Origin: an uncultured Actinomycetota bacterium
GTDB taxonomy: Bacteria > Actinomycetota > Acidimicrobiia > Spongiisociales > UBA4744
Length of the DNA stretch: 64,000 nucleotides
Reading direction: 5' to 3'
NCBI GenBank assembly: GCA_963707435.1
Contig: CAVPPF010000005.1
Span: 70,832-134,831, forward strand
How positions within the stretch are numbered: position 1 is the first letter of the stretch; every line of letters begins with the position of its first letter. The notes under the pieces are model-generated. The model was not told the origin of the DNA. It saw nothing but the letters and a program-made list of their open reading frames with translations, and did not search any database. Of the stretch, positions 52,543-63,505 are shown piece after piece. A program made the translations under genes and the position numbers.

Positions 52543-54660
52543 TTACTCGCCGCGCACCCGGGCGACGATCTCCTGGGAGATCGAATCGGGCACGTCCTGG
52601 TAGGAATGGAATTGCATTGTGTGGGTCGCACGGCCCTGAGTACGTGACCTCAGGTCGGTGGCATACCCGAACATCTCGGCCAGCGGCACCTGGGCGGTGA
52701 CCACCCGGGCGTTGCCCCGCTGCCCCATCTCGTCGATTTTTCCGCGCCGGGAAGACAAATCCCCGATCACGTCGCCCATGTACTCTTCCGGAACCACGAC
52801 TTCGACAGCCATAACCGGCTCGAGCAGCTTCACGCCGGCCCGCTTGGCAGCATCCTGCAAAGCTATGGACCCGGCAATCCGGAAAGCCATCTCCGAGGAG
52901 TCGACATCGTGGTACGACCCGTCGGTGAGGATTGCCCGGACATCCACCAGCGGATATCCGGCCAGGATGCCCTGATCGAGGGCCTCCTCGATACCGGCGT
53001 CTACCGATGGGATGTACTCGCGAGGGACGTTGCCGCCCTTGATCTGATCAACGAACTCATAACCGCCGCCGGGACCCGTCGGCTCGAGGTCGATGACCAC
53101 GTGCCCGTATTGTCCGCGCCCACCCGACTGGCGGACGTACTTGGCGACGACTTTGCTCACCGGACCCTTGATGGTCTCCCGGTAGGCAACCTGGGGCCGG
53201 CCAACATTGGCGCCGACCTTGAATTCACGGATCAGCCGGTCGACGAGCACGTCGAGGTGCAGTTCGCCCATGCCGGCGATGATGGTCTGGCCGGTCTCTT
53301 CGTCGGTACGCACCAGGAACGTCGGGTCTTCTTCCGAGAGACGGTGCAGGGCATCGCCCAGCTTGTCCTGGTCCGACTTGGTCTTCGGTTCGATCGCAAC
53401 CGAGATGACCGGGGCGGGAAAGGTCATCGACTCCAGCTGGATCGGATGGGCGGCATCGCAGAGGGTGTCGCCGGTGGTCGTCATCTTCAACCCGATCGTG
53501 GCGACGATGTCGCCGGTATGGATCGTTTCGAGATCCTCACGGTGGTTGGCGTGCATCCGTAGCAAACGGCCGATGCGCTCTTTCTTGGCCGAGGTCGCGT
53601 TGTAGATCTGGTCGCCCTTGGTGGCCTGACCCGAATACACGCGGAAGTAGGTGAGCTTGCCGACATGCGGGTCGCTCATGATCTTGAAAGCCAGAGCAGT
53701 GAAGGGCTCGGTGTCGTCGGCGGCCCGCTCGAGGACGATGTCTTCCTCGCCCGGTTTGAAGCCCTGCACCGGGGGCAGGTCGGCCGGGCTGGGCAGGTAG
53801 TGGATGACCGCATCGAGCAGAGGCTGCACACCCTTGTTCTTGAAGGCCGAGCCGCAGAAGACGGGTGTGAAGTGACGCTTCAGCGTGGCGGTCCGCACCG
53901 CGGCATGCACCTCGGACGGCGAGATCTCGACTTCTTCCAGGAACTTCTCGAGCAGCTTCTCATCTACGTCGGCGCAGGCCTCGAGCAGCTTGCCCTCCCA
54001 CATACGGGCTTGTTCCTGGTACTCGGCGGGGATCTCGATGGTCTCCCAGTGCTTGCCGTCGTCGCCGCTCCAGATGTGGGCCTTCATCTCGACGAGGTCG
54101 ATGACGCCCTGAAACTCGGCTTCGGCGCCGATGGGCAACTGGACGGGAACCGGGTTGCCCTCCAGCCGATCACGAATGCTGTCGACGGCCGCAAAGTAAT
54201 CGGCCCCGATCCGGTCCATCTTGTTGATGAAGCAGATGCGGGGAACCTTGTAGCGGTCGGCCTGACGCCATACGGTCTCGGATTGAGGCTCAACGCCGGC
54301 AACCGCGTCGAAGACGGCAACAGCGCCGTCGAGTACCCGGAGGCTGCGCTCGACCTCCACCGTGAAGTCGACGTGCCCGGGGGTGTCGATGATGTTGATC
54401 CAGTGATCGCGCCATCCGGCGGTGGTAGCGGCTGAGGTGATGGTGATGCCGCGCTCCTGCTCTTGCGCCATCCAGTCCATCACGGCGGCGCCTTCATGGA
54501 CTTCACCGAGCTTGTAGGTCTTGCCGGTGTAGTACAGGATACGTTCGGTGAGCGTCGTTTTGCCCGCGTCGATATGCGCCATGATCCCGATATTCCGGGT
54601 CCGGCTGAGCGGGTACTGACGCAGGTGCGTCAGTGCATCGTTGCTCTTTCCGTTGCTCAT
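52543..54660 (-). CDS. fusA: Elongation factor G
   Basis: 705 aa. AHIDAGKTT... Confidence 0.98.
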   Translation of the reverse strand: MSNGKSNDALTHLRQYPLSRTRNIGIMAHIDAGKTTLTERILYYTGKTYKLGEVHEGAAVMDWMAQEQERGITITSAATTAGWRDHWINIIDTPGHVDFTVEVERSLRVLDGAVAVFDAVAGVEPQSETVWRQADRYKVPRICFINKMDRIGADYFAAVDSIRDRLEGNPVPVQLPIGAEAEFQGVIDLVEMKAHIWSGDDGKHWETIEIPAEYQEQARMWEGKLLEACADVDEKLLEKFLEEVEISPSEVHAAVRTATLKRHFTPVFCGSAFKNKGVQPLLDAVIHYLPSPADLPPVQGFKPGEEDIVLERAADDTEPFTALAFKIMSDPHVGKLTYFRVYSGQATKGDQIYNATSAKKERIGRLLRMHANHREDLETIHTGDIVATIGLKMTTTGDTLCDAAHPIQLESMTFPAPVISVAIEPKTKSDQDKLGDALHRLSEEDPTFLVRTDEETGQTIIAGMGELHLDVLVDRLIREFKVGANVGRPQVAYRETIKGPVSKVVAKYVRQSGGRGQYGHVVIDLEPTGPGGGYEFVDQIKGGNVPREYIPSVDAGIEEALDQGILAGYPLVDVRAILTDGSYHDVDSSEMAFRIAGSIALQDAAKRAGVKLLEPVMAVEVVVPEEYMGDVIGDLSSRRGKIDEMGQRGNARVVTAQVPLAEMFGYATDLRSRTQGRATHTMQFHSYQDVPDSISQEIVARVRGE

Positions 54661-54698
54661 CTCTTCCTCAGTCGCTATGCGGTTGTCAGGCGGTCGTA

Positions 54699-55166
54699 CT
54701 ACCAGCGGTAGTGGGCAAAAGCCTTGTTTGATTCGGCCATCTTGTGGATGTCTTCGCGGCGCTTCACGGCGGAGCCGGTATTGTTGCTCGCATCGAGAAT
54801 CTCGTTGGCCAATCGCTCGGCCATGGCGTTTTCCTTGCGCTTGCGAGCGAAGTTGACCAACCAGCGGATCGCCAGCGAGTTGGCACGGCGGGGTCGAACA
54901 TCCACCGGCACCTGGTAGGACGAACCGCCGACCCGGCGAGAACGAACCTCAACTTGCGGCCGGATGTTGTCCACGGCTCGCTTCAGCACCGTGAGAGGAT
55001 CCTGGCCGACGCGTCGTTCCACGATCTCGAGAGCGCCGTACACGATCGACCGGGCGGTCTCTTTCTTGCCGTCGAGCAGGACCTTGTTGATGATCTGGCT
55101 GACCAGAAGGCTCCGGTAGACGGGATCCGGGTCGATGTGCCTTTTTGGCGCAGGTCCACGTCGCAT
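54699..55166 (-). CDS. rpsG: 30S ribosomal protein S7
   Basis: 155 aa. Confidence 0.97.
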   Translation of the reverse strand: MRRGPAPKRHIDPDPVYRSLLVSQIINKVLLDGKKETARSIVYGALEIVERRVGQDPLTVLKRAVDNIRPQVEVRSRRVGGSSYQVPVDVRPRRANSLAIRWLVNFARKRKENAMAERLANEILDASNNTGSAVKRREDIHKMAESNKAFAHYRW

Positions 55167-55537
55167 TACGACTCCCTCTTCGTTCCGTAGCGGGAACGTG
55201 CTTGCCGGCGGCCCGATACCGCCGCAGCATCGAGCGTGCCGCGAATGACCTTGTAGCGAACTCCCGGCAGATCCTTCACCCGGCCACCACGGACCAGAAC
55301 GATGGAGTGCTCCTGGAGGTTGTGCCCTTCACCGGGGATGTAGGCGGTGACCTCAACCCCGGAGGAGAGACGAATACGCGCTACCTTGCGCAAGGCCGAG
55401 TTGGGCTTCTTGGGCGTCACGGTATAGACACGGGTACAAACCCCGCGTCGCTGCGGCGCCCCGGCCAGACCGGGCGTCTTTTCCTTCTTGGGCTTCGGCT
55501 TCCGACCCTGACGGATCAGCTGCTGAACGGTCGGCAC
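55166..55537 (-). CDS. rpsL: 30S ribosomal protein S12
   Basis: 123 aa. [12 protein letters not shown]... Confidence 0.97.
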   Translation of the reverse strand: MPTVQQLIRQGRKPKPKKEKTPGLAGAPQRRGVCTRVYTVTPKKPNSALRKVARIRLSSGVEVTAYIPGEGHNLQEHSIVLVRGGRVKDLPGVRYKVIRGTLDAAAVSGRRQARSRYGTKRES

Positions 55538-55753
55538 AGACCCTTCTCTCTTCTCTTCGGCACACCCCGACCCAAATGTGGGAACGGGTATTTACAGACG
55601 GAACAGCGCGTTCGCCGGGGCGAAAGCACCGATCCAGCCACTTCATCGCCCACAGGCCGCCGTGGCGACCTCAGGACACGCGGAAACGTGGCGGGAAAAC
55701 CGAGACGGAAGTATATGCGCGACCGGGAGATGTTGCAAAAGGCGCACTTGGGG

Positions 55754-55820
55754 CGTACTCGGTACTCAGTACTAGGTACTAGGTACTAGGTACTAGGTAC
55801 TCGGTACTCGGTACTTACTA
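55754..55820. repeat. Tandem heptamer repeat (GTACTNG)x about 10: GGTACTA x4 flanked by GGTACTC units
   Basis: cgtactc ggtactc agtacta ggtacta ggtacta ggtacta ggtactc ggtactc ggtactt actacc. It ends 12 nt before the start codon of the plus-strand gene at 55833 and lies about 220 nt upstream of rpsL. Confidence 0.9.
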
Positions 55821-55832
55821 CCCTCGCGTCCG

Positions 55833-56453
55833 ATGTTCATCACCGTTCCCCGCCCCGAGCTGCGCAGGCGGCTCCCTCAACTGATGATCGGTCTCGTCGT
55901 CGTTGGTGTTGGGTTTGCCTTGATGGTCGAATCCGACCTGGGCCTCGGCCCGTGGGAGGTCCTCCACCAGGGGATTTCGAATCGAGTCGGCATCCCCATC
56001 GGGACGGTCGGCATCTTCGTCGGGTTGCTCGTGCTGGGCGCCTGGATTCCCTTGCGCCAGCGACTGGGGGTCGGCACGGTGCTCAACGTCATCACCATCG
56101 GCATCGTGATCGATCTCACGATGCTGGCCATTCCTGATCTGAGCTCTCTCCTGATCCGCGGGCCGGCGCTGCTCGGTGGCTTGCTCCTGGTCGGAATCGG
56201 AGGAGGCCTCTATATCGGGGCGGGCCTGGGACCCGGCCCCCGGGACGGACTGATGACCGGCATGGCCGCTCGGGGCTGGTTCTCGATTCGGACCGCCCGC
56301 ACGCTCCTCGAGGTCACCGCGTTGACCGCCGGGTGGTTGCTGGGTGGAACCGTCGGCGTCGGCACCCTTCTCTTCGCCGGAGGGATCGGTCCGCTCGTGC
56401 AGATGTTCCTGGGCAGGCTGGCGATCGGCGAAAACATCTCTGTTCCGCCCTGA
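55833..56453 (+). CDS. YczE/YitT-family (DUF161-like) integral membrane protein
   Basis: 206 aa. Gly-rich TM helices with the GLGPWEVL motif. Confidence 0.6.
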   Translation: MFITVPRPELRRRLPQLMIGLVVVGVGFALMVESDLGLGPWEVLHQGISNRVGIPIGTVGIFVGLLVLGAWIPLRQRLGVGTVLNVITIGIVIDLTMLAIPDLSSLLIRGPALLGGLLLVGIGGGLYIGAGLGPGPRDGLMTGMAARGWFSIRTARTLLEVTALTAGWLLGGTVGVGTLLFAGGIGPLVQMFLGRLAIGENISVPP

Positions 56454-56524
56454 ACCATCAGGGAAGCCCTCCAAGCAGTCGCCGGCTACGTCCCACCAAC
56501 GTCGCGGATCCTGGATTCGAAGAT

Positions 56525-57532
56525 CTATCCTGAATATGCGTCGACCTTGGTAATGAACTCGGCCTTCTCTGCATCCGAGAGCCACGTGGCGAGGAATGAG
56601 TTCCTGGCCAACTGAGTTATCTGGCTCTTTGTGAATCCTCCGGTCTCGACCAATTCGAAGAGATTCTCGTTTAGGTAGGCCTGCATGTAAGACGGGTCAT
56701 CGGAATTGATCATCACCCGCATGCCCCTATCGAGCATGGTCTTGATTTCATCGACAGTCAGGCTCCCGGTGACGTATCGATTCGAGACAGGACATACCGT
56801 CAAGGCAAGCCCGCGCGCGTTGATCTCCTCGATGAGTGCCTCGTCCTCAAGGGAGTTCACACCATGGTCGATCCGTTCAACGCCGATCTCATCAAGGGCT
56901 TGCCAGATGTGTTGAATTGAATCGTCTTGGTTCACGTCGCAGTGCATCGTGAGCCGGTATCCCTCTTGACGAGCACGAGCAAAGACCTCCTTGAATTTCG
57001 TAGGGGGATTGCCTCGTTCGTCGGAATCAAGCCCTACCCCAATAATCCACTCCTTGAATGGCAGGGAGGCTTCGAGAGTCTCCATCGCCGACTCGGCCGA
57101 CATATCGCGGAAGAAGCACATGATGAGCTGGGTCCTGACGCCAAGCTTGCTCTCGGCATCTACCTGTGCACGATGGATTCCGGTGACGATAGCTTCGAAA
57201 GGAACGCCCCTCGAGGTGTGCGCCTGGGGATCGAAGAACGGCTCGGCGTAGAGGATGTTCTGTTCGTGAGCCTTGCGGAAGTAGGCCATGGCCAGATCGT
57301 AGAAATCCTGTTCCTTCAGCAAGACCTTCATGCCGTCGTAGTACCCAACGAGAAACGACGTCAGATCGTGGAAGACGTAGCTCGCCTTGACATCTTCAAC
57401 GGTCTCGAAAGGGATCTCCACACCATTGCGCTCGGCCAACTCGAACCTGAGTTCAGGCTCGAGGGTACCCTCCAAATGAAGATGGAGCTCAGCTTTTGGC
57501 AGTCCTTCAACGAACGATCTCATGTCGGTCAC
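56525..57532 (-). CDS. add: Adenosine deaminase
   Basis: 335 aa. LPKAELHLHLEGTL... with HxH and ...MHCDVN...SDDP metal ligands. Lower GC than the neighbouring genes. Confidence 0.92.
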   Translation of the reverse strand: MTDMRSFVEGLPKAELHLHLEGTLEPELRFELAERNGVEIPFETVEDVKASYVFHDLTSFLVGYYDGMKVLLKEQDFYDLAMAYFRKAHEQNILYAEPFFDPQAHTSRGVPFEAIVTGIHRAQVDAESKLGVRTQLIMCFFRDMSAESAMETLEASLPFKEWIIGVGLDSDERGNPPTKFKEVFARARQEGYRLTMHCDVNQDDSIQHIWQALDEIGVERIDHGVNSLEDEALIEEINARGLALTVCPVSNRYVTGSLTVDEIKTMLDRGMRVMINSDDPSYMQAYLNENLFELVETGGFTKSQITQLARNSFLATWLSDAEKAEFITKVDAYSG

Positions 57533-57708
57533 CGACAGTCTCCCTTCCTGGTTACCGTGCCTTCGAGGTTACCACCGCACGAAACCCGAAGGCTCGGGAC
57601 ATTCGTCCGCTCCTTCGGGCTTAACGGCCCTTCAGAACGGCCTAGAGTGCTGACATCATCGAAGCGTAAATGCAGAATTGCTTCGACGCACCGAAGGAGG
57701 GATCAACC

Positions 57709-58995
57709 GTGCGAAAGCGCATAAGTACATCTCGATTCTTGCTCGTAATAATGGTGTTGGCGCTCATCGCCGCAGCGTGTGCTGGGGACGAGACCACAGA
57801 AACGACCACCACCACGGCTGCCGGTTCCGAGACCACAGCTACTACTACGGGTGGCGACGAAACAACTACGACGGCCGCGACGCCTGACGAGCCGTTTGTG
57901 TTTGGTCTGATCTTGGTAGGTCCGTACAACGACAGCGGGTGGAGTCAGGCTCACTACGAAGCAGGACAGTACGTCGAAGACAAAACCGGCGCCAAGATGA
58001 TCTACCTGGACAAAGTCAACGTTGCCGACCTTCCGGACAAGGGCGTCGATCAGGTAGCCCAGGACATGATCGACCAGGGCGCTCAAATGGTCTTCGCCAC
58101 GTCCGATGACATGAAAGACGGAATCCTGCTGGCCGCTGCGGCCAACCCCGATACCCCAATGATATGGGTTTCGGGTGACAGCGCCTGGCAAGAAGGCAAA
58201 GACTTTGCAGGACTCGACAACCTCGGCAACGTCATGACGAAGTTGGAATACGGGAAGATGATTGCGGGTTGCGCCGCCGCACTCACCACCCAGACCGGGT
58301 CCATCGGGTACCTCGGTCCTCTGATCAACGACGAGACGCGCCGCTTCGTGAACTCGGCCTATCTGGGCGCCAAGTATTGCTGGGAGGAATACCGGGGTGA
58401 GACAGACCCGCTCGAATTTGAAGTCACTTGGATCGGGTTCTGGTTCAACATTCCGGGCGTCACCCTCGATCCAACCCAAGTAGCAAACGGCTTCTTTGAT
58501 GCAGGCGCCGATGTTGTGATTTCCGGAACCGACACAACGGAGGGATTGATCGTTGCGGGACAACGGCACGACGCCGGCGAAGAGGTGTGGAACGTCGCCT
58601 ATGACTATTACGGGGCTTGCGACGAGAAGCCGGAGGTGTGCCTGGGGGTGCCCTATTTCAATTGGGGTCCGTCTTACCTCGATCTCGTTACCGCCGCCAT
58701 CAACGGCTCATTCGAAGCCACGTTTGACTGGGTTGAACCCAACTGGAATGACCTGACCGACCGAGAAGATGGAGGGGTCGGATGGGTCAACGGCCCGGCT
58801 CTGTCGTCTGAGAATGCCGACACTCTGGCCGACTTCATCGCAGGCCTGGCAGGCGGTGACATCGATTTGTTTGTCGGTCCGCTCAGCTTCCAGGACGGTT
58901 CTCCATATCTCGGGGACGGCGAGAAAGCGACCGATCTTCAGATTTGGTACACACCGCAACTTCTGGACGGTATCAAAGGAGCAAGCAACCCGTAG
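57709..58995 (+). CDS. BMP-family (PnrA-like) ABC transporter substrate-binding lipoprotein, probable nucleoside binder
   Basis: GTG start after SD GAAGGAGGG. Signal peptide ending LIAAACAG (lipobox), then a Thr/Glu-rich linker, then the Bmp domain. Confidence 0.88.
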   Translation: MRKRISTSRFLLVIMVLALIAAACAGDETTETTTTTAAGSETTATTTGGDETTTTAATPDEPFVFGLILVGPYNDSGWSQAHYEAGQYVEDKTGAKMIYLDKVNVADLPDKGVDQVAQDMIDQGAQMVFATSDDMKDGILLAAAANPDTPMIWVSGDSAWQEGKDFAGLDNLGNVMTKLEYGKMIAGCAAALTTQTGSIGYLGPLINDETRRFVNSAYLGAKYCWEEYRGETDPLEFEVTWIGFWFNIPGVTLDPTQVANGFFDAGADVVISGTDTTEGLIVAGQRHDAGEEVWNVAYDYYGACDEKPEVCLGVPYFNWGPSYLDLVTAAINGSFEATFDWVEPNWNDLTDREDGGVGWVNGPALSSENADTLADFIAGLAGGDIDLFVGPLSFQDGSPYLGDGEKATDLQIWYTPQLLDGIKGASNP

Positions 58996-59010
58996 AGGTA
59001 GCTGCTGTCA

Positions 59011-59043
59011 GATGGGGAGGGAATCGCGAGATCCCTCCCCATC
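59011..59043 (+). promoter_or_regulatory. Intercistronic stem-loop (12-bp perfect stem) between the binding-protein and ATPase genes
   Basis: GATGGGGAGGGA-aucgcgaga-UCCCUCCCCAUC. Confidence 0.45.
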
Positions 59044-59077
59044 TCGCACCCCGACAATCATCTAACCTGCTTCAACG

Positions 59078-60550
59078 ATGAGCCTCGAACTCCGGGACAT
59101 CCACAAACACTTCGGCCCTGTACGCGCTAATGACGGGATATCGTTGACCGTCGAAGCAGGTGCTCTTCACGGCCTTCTGGGTGAGAACGGGGCCGGGAAG
59201 TCGACCCTGATGAAGATCCTGTCTGGATTCTATGCCCCGGATGCAGGAGAGATTGTTCTCGACGGCGAGCACATCCAACCCTCTTCTCCCAGAGATGCGA
59301 TAGCGCACGGAATCGGTATGCTCCACCAGGATCCCCTAGTTTTTCTGCCCCTATCCGTAGTTGACAACCTGCTGCTCGCCAGTCCAGGAAGTTTCAGAAT
59401 TGATCGGCGATCCGCGTACCGCGAACTGACACAGATGTGTGAGCGGTTTGGGTTCGACCTCGATCCAGACTCGCTGGTCCGAACTCTCACCGTTGGTGAA
59501 CGCCAGCAGCTTGAGATAGTGCGATTGCTATGGCTCGGTGCTCGGGTTCTCGTCCTCGACGAACCAACCACAGGTATCTCTGCGCCGCAACGCGTGAAGC
59601 TGTTCGAGACACTCCGAGTCCTGGCTGCCGATGGTATGAGTGTGATCTTTGTCTCCCACAAGTTGGAAGAAGTCGAGGACTTGTGCCAGCGCGTAACTGT
59701 GATGCGTAGCGGTCGAGTAGTCGGACATCTCGAAATGCCGAGCCCAGCTGAGCAAATGGTTGAAATGATGTTCGGCGAACCTGTCGCTATCGAAGGCCGA
59801 TCATCGATCGACCTCGGAGAGACGCTGCTATCGATTCAACATCTCACGGCCCATGAGCGGCTGCTTTCCATCGAAGATCTGAGCTTGGAGGTCAACGCGG
59901 CAGAGGTCATCGGTCTGGCCGGATTGGAGGGCAGCGGCCAGCGCACACTGCTGAGGGCGTGCGCAGGGCTTCAGCCAGCTTCCCGCGGGTTGATCTTGCT
60001 TGACGGTCGAGACATAACCGGTTCGTCCTATGCGCATCGGCTCGAGAGTGGCCTGCAATACCTTCCGGCGGGTCGGCTCGAAGAGGGGCTCGTTACCGGA
60101 CTGACCCTGACCGAACACCTCATCTTGAGCCAGCCGGACACTCAGTTTTTCGTCAACTGGGACGAAGAAGAGAGCAAGGCATCTACGACCATTGCGCAGA
60201 ACTCCATCAAGGGTCGACCATCATCGACGGCCGATGAACTCTCCGGCGGGAATCAGCAACGCTTGCTGCTGGCAATGTTGCGCCCGAATCTTCGACTTCT
60301 GCTCATGGAACATCCCACCCGCGGATTGGATATCGAGTCAGCAAACTGGGTGTGGAGCCAACTTCTCGCCCGTCGTGAGCACGGGACGGCAATCATGTTC
60401 GCATCGGCCGACCTAGATGAACTACTACGTTATTGCAACCGGATATCAGTGTTCTTCGGAGGAAGGGTTATCGCGGAATTGAAAGCCGAGGAAACTGACG
60501 TTGAAGACCTGGGCTTCCTGATCGGTGGCAAATTCAAGGACCCGGTATGA
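59078..60550 (+). CDS. ABC transporter ATP-binding protein with duplicated ABC domains (BMP / sugar-nucleoside type)
   Basis: 490 aa. Two Walker A (GENGAGKST; GLEGSGQRT) and LSGG signatures. Confidence 0.92.
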   Translation: MSLELRDIHKHFGPVRANDGISLTVEAGALHGLLGENGAGKSTLMKILSGFYAPDAGEIVLDGEHIQPSSPRDAIAHGIGMLHQDPLVFLPLSVVDNLLLASPGSFRIDRRSAYRELTQMCERFGFDLDPDSLVRTLTVGERQQLEIVRLLWLGARVLVLDEPTTGISAPQRVKLFETLRVLAADGMSVIFVSHKLEEVEDLCQRVTVMRSGRVVGHLEMPSPAEQMVEMMFGEPVAIEGRSSIDLGETLLSIQHLTAHERLLSIEDLSLEVNAAEVIGLAGLEGSGQRTLLRACAGLQPASRGLILLDGRDITGSSYAHRLESGLQYLPAGRLEEGLVTGLTLTEHLILSQPDTQFFVNWDEEESKASTTIAQNSIKGRPSSTADELSGGNQQRLLLAMLRPNLRLLLMEHPTRGLDIESANWVWSQLLARREHGTAIMFASADLDELLRYCNRISVFFGGRVIAELKAEETDVEDLGFLIGGKFKDPV

Positions 60551-61599
60551 AGTTCTTCCGGCCGGTCATCCGTTTGGTTGTGCCCATTTTCGGGGCATTC
60601 GTATTTGCAGTTCTCCTCTTGGTGCTGGTCGGCGAATCGCCTGGAGAAGCCCTCAAAGCACTGGTGGGAGGAGCGCTGGGAAGTCCGGCCCGCATCGGCG
60701 ACACCATTACCGCCTGGACGACGTTGTCGCTGGCAGCAGCCGGCCTTGCCGTCACCTTCACAGCCGGTCTATGGAACATCGGCGTCGAAGGCCAGATGAT
60801 CGCCGGAGCTATCGCCGCATCATTCGTAGCCCGGGAAGTCGACGCCCCCCGTGCGATCATGATCCTGCTCATACTCCTAGCCGGATTCGCTGGAGGCGCA
60901 ATATGGGCAGCGCTGGCCGGTTTGTTGAAGGTCAGAGGCAAAGTCAACGAGATATTCGGGGGTCTCGGCCTGACTTTCGTGGCGATCAGCCTTTCCACCT
61001 ACCTGATCATTGGGCCGTGGCAAAGAGCGGGGGCTGCTTCCACCGGGGGAACCGACCCATTTCCCGATAACGCATGGCTCCCGACCCTGGGAGATCTCAG
61101 AGTGTCGCTAGTTTCGATCATTGTGACGGTGCTGGCGCTCGTCATCGTCTACGTCCTACTTCGCGGAACCCGTTTTGGGCTTCGACTGAAGGCAGTTGGA
61201 CAGAACCTCCAGAGTTCTGCCCTATTCGGCATAGCAAATACCCGGTATCTCCTTACGGCATTCGCGCTCGGTGGAGGCCTTGCGGGTATCGCCGGTGCGT
61301 TCCGTGTGACAGGCTTCTATCACAAGCTCGTACCGGGGCCAGGCGGAGGTCACGGGTACCTCGGCATCCTCATCGTCCTCTTGGCAGCCTACAAAGCCAA
61401 ATGGATCGCACCCCTGGCGTTCTTCTTCGCCATAGTGGCCGTCGGCGCATCCCAGCTGCCTCTTCAGCTGGGACTTGACGCTTCGGTGGGCGGCATTCTG
61501 CGGAGCGTTCTGGTCCTGTTCGTGCTCCTCGCCGGTGGATGGCAGGCCCGTAGAAGCACAAAAGCGGGAGCAACAACGAGCAAGGAGGCATCAGCGTGA
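60547..61599 (+). CDS. ABC transporter permease (BMP-type)
   Basis: 350 aa, multi-TM. 4-bp overlap with the ATPase gene. Confidence 0.88.
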   Translation: MKFFRPVIRLVVPIFGAFVFAVLLLVLVGESPGEALKALVGGALGSPARIGDTITAWTTLSLAAAGLAVTFTAGLWNIGVEGQMIAGAIAASFVAREVDAPRAIMILLILLAGFAGGAIWAALAGLLKVRGKVNEIFGGLGLTFVAISLSTYLIIGPWQRAGAASTGGTDPFPDNAWLPTLGDLRVSLVSIIVTVLALVIVYVLLRGTRFGLRLKAVGQNLQSSALFGIANTRYLLTAFALGGGLAGIAGAFRVTGFYHKLVPGPGGGHGYLGILIVLLAAYKAKWIAPLAFFFAIVAVGASQLPLQLGLDASVGGILRSVLVLFVLLAGGWQARRSTKAGATTSKEASA

Positions 61600-62534
61600 A
61601 CGAGCTGGGTTCACTCATTGCTGCGGCAGCTCCTCTCGTGTTCGCAGTTGTCGGCGAGACCATCACCGAAAAAGCCGGCATCATCAACCTGTCCTTGGAA
61701 GGCAGCCTGATGCTGGCTGCGATGACCGGCTTCGCTGTATCGTTCGAAACCAACAGCCTCCTCCTGGGATTCCTCGCCGCTGCCATTGTTGGGATGCTGG
61801 TTGCGTTGCTCGTCGCTTTCTCCAGCATTTCCCTCAAGCTCAACCAGGTCGCCGTTGGATTTGTGCTGTTCCAGTTGTGCACTGACCTGAGCACGTTCCT
61901 TGGTCAGGCTTACGTTCGAATCCCGGGACCTTCGGTGCAAGCCCTCCCCATTCCACTGCTCGAAGATATCCCAATATTGGGCCCGCTGGTATTCGATCAA
62001 AACCTGGTTGTGTATGCCAGTTTCGTCGTAGTTATCGCGGCCTACTACTTCATGTTCCGCACACGGCCGGGCCTCGAGCTACAGGGCGTAGGTGAGCGGC
62101 CCGAAGCCGCACACGCCCGAGGCATTCCCGTCAATCGTCTCCGCTATCTGTATACGGCAATCGGAGGATCCCTGATTGGTGTGGCCGGAGCTTCTTACTC
62201 ACTAGCCGTCAAGCTCGGTTGGTCTTTTCAACACACGAGAAACCTCGGCTGGATTGCACTTGCCATCGTTATTTTCGGAGGGTGGCAACCCATCCGAGCG
62301 GCGGCCGGGGCCTATCTCTTTGCAGGACTGCTAACCCTGGCTCAACTGCTCCAGGAGTCCTTGCCGGGGATCGCCCAAATCCTTCCCACCATTCCGTTCC
62401 CGCTCATGATCTTCACTCTCGTCATTGTGTACAGCGATTGGCTGCGGAATTTGACCGACAGGTTCCCAGCCCTACGAACAGTATTTGCAAGCGAACCCCC
62501 CACCGCCATCGGCACAGTGTTCGAGGCGGACTGA
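61596..62534 (+). CDS. ABC transporter permease (BMP-type)
   Basis: 312 aa, multi-TM. 4-bp overlap with the previous permease. Confidence 0.88.
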   Translation: MNELGSLIAAAAPLVFAVVGETITEKAGIINLSLEGSLMLAAMTGFAVSFETNSLLLGFLAAAIVGMLVALLVAFSSISLKLNQVAVGFVLFQLCTDLSTFLGQAYVRIPGPSVQALPIPLLEDIPILGPLVFDQNLVVYASFVVVIAAYYFMFRTRPGLELQGVGERPEAAHARGIPVNRLRYLYTAIGGSLIGVAGASYSLAVKLGWSFQHTRNLGWIALAIVIFGGWQPIRAAAGAYLFAGLLTLAQLLQESLPGIAQILPTIPFPLMIFTLVIVYSDWLRNLTDRFPALRTVFASEPPTAIGTVFEAD

Positions 62535-62549
62535 GTACTCAGTACTCAG
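62531..62549. repeat. Short heptamer repeat (ACTGAGT/ACTCAGT) overlapping the permease stop codon
   Basis: ctgagtactcagtactcagg. The TGA stop lies inside the first unit. Confidence 0.7.
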
Positions 62550-62563
62550 GACCTGGCACTTCG

Positions 62564-63505
62564 CTATCTGCTTTCCCGGTCGTAGGGAATCGCCAGTGCC
62601 GCGGGGGCCCCGAAGAGCCGGGCACGCTTGCCGCTGGTCGTGGCGATCAGAATGACGATGGTGGCGACGAAGGGGATCATCGACAGGAACTGGGCGGGTA
62701 TCTCGAGTCCCAGCACCTGCAGCGTGAAACCCAGTTTGACCATGCCGCCGAACAGGTAACCGGCCAGCAAGGCCCGCCACGGGCGCCACGCAGCGATGAT
62801 CACCAGCGCAATTGCGATCCAGCCCAGATTGGTTGCGTCGTCCGCCCAGGACGGGTTCAGAGCTAGGGGGATGTACGCGCCGGCCACCCCGGACAGTCCC
62901 CCACCGATCAGCACGTGGACGTAGCGGATCCGGTTGACGTTGAGCCCGGCCGAGTCGGCCGCCGCCGGGTTCTCGCCGACACTCCGCAACGACAGCCCTG
63001 CCCGGGTGTGGAAGAGGTAGTAGCTGGCTGCCGCCACGACGACCCAGGAAACGTACACCATGGCGTCGTGCCCGAAGATCAGGGGTCCGACGATGGGCAG
63101 ATCGGCGAGATTGTCTCCGAACAGCTGCTTGAACTGTGCCTTGGAAGGCTCGCCGACGAGAGGAGGCGAGGTGGTCCGCCCGATGAAGTTGGCCAGGCCT
63201 CGCCCGAAGATGGCCAGCGCCAGGCCGGAGACAATCTGATTGACCCGCAGCGTCACCGACGTGAACGCATGGATGGTGGAGAACACGGCACCGGCGACCA
63301 GACCCGCCAGCACCCCGAGCGTGAGGCTGCTCGTGGCGAACGTGGCCCAGAATCCGGAAATCGCCCCAACCAGCATCATCCCGTTCACGCCGAGGTTGAG
63401 CACCCCCGATCTCTCGGTGAGCAGCTCACCAACGGACGCGAACACGAGCGGGGTGCCGGCCAGAATCGCCGCCTGAATGATCTGGATGATCTGAGCGTCG
63501 TTCAT
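62564..63505 (-). CDS. ABC transporter permease (BMP-type, second system, native GC)
   Basis: MNDAQIIQIIQAAILAGTPLVFASVGELLTERSG... ATG 63505, 4-bp overlap with the upstream permease. Confidence 0.85.
   Translation of the reverse strand: MNDAQIIQIIQAAILAGTPLVFASVGELLTERSGVLNLGVNGMMLVGAISGFWATFATSSLTLGVLAGLVAGAVFSTIHAFTSVTLRVNQIVSGLALAIFGRGLANFIGRTTSPPLVGEPSKAQFKQLFGDNLADLPIVGPLIFGHDAMVYVSWVVVAAASYYLFHTRAGLSLRSVGENPAAADSAGLNVNRIRYVHVLIGGGLSGVAGAYIPLALNPSWADDATNLGWIAIALVIIAAWRPWRALLAGYLFGGMVKLGFTLQVLGLEIPAQFLSMIPFVATIVILIATTSGKRARLFGAPAALAIPYDRESR

Noticed and set aside
55754-55820. Heptamer arrays as a CRISPR array
   Set aside because: The unit is 7 nt and directly tandem with no spacers, and there are no cas genes. 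These are microsatellite-like arrays, not CRISPR.
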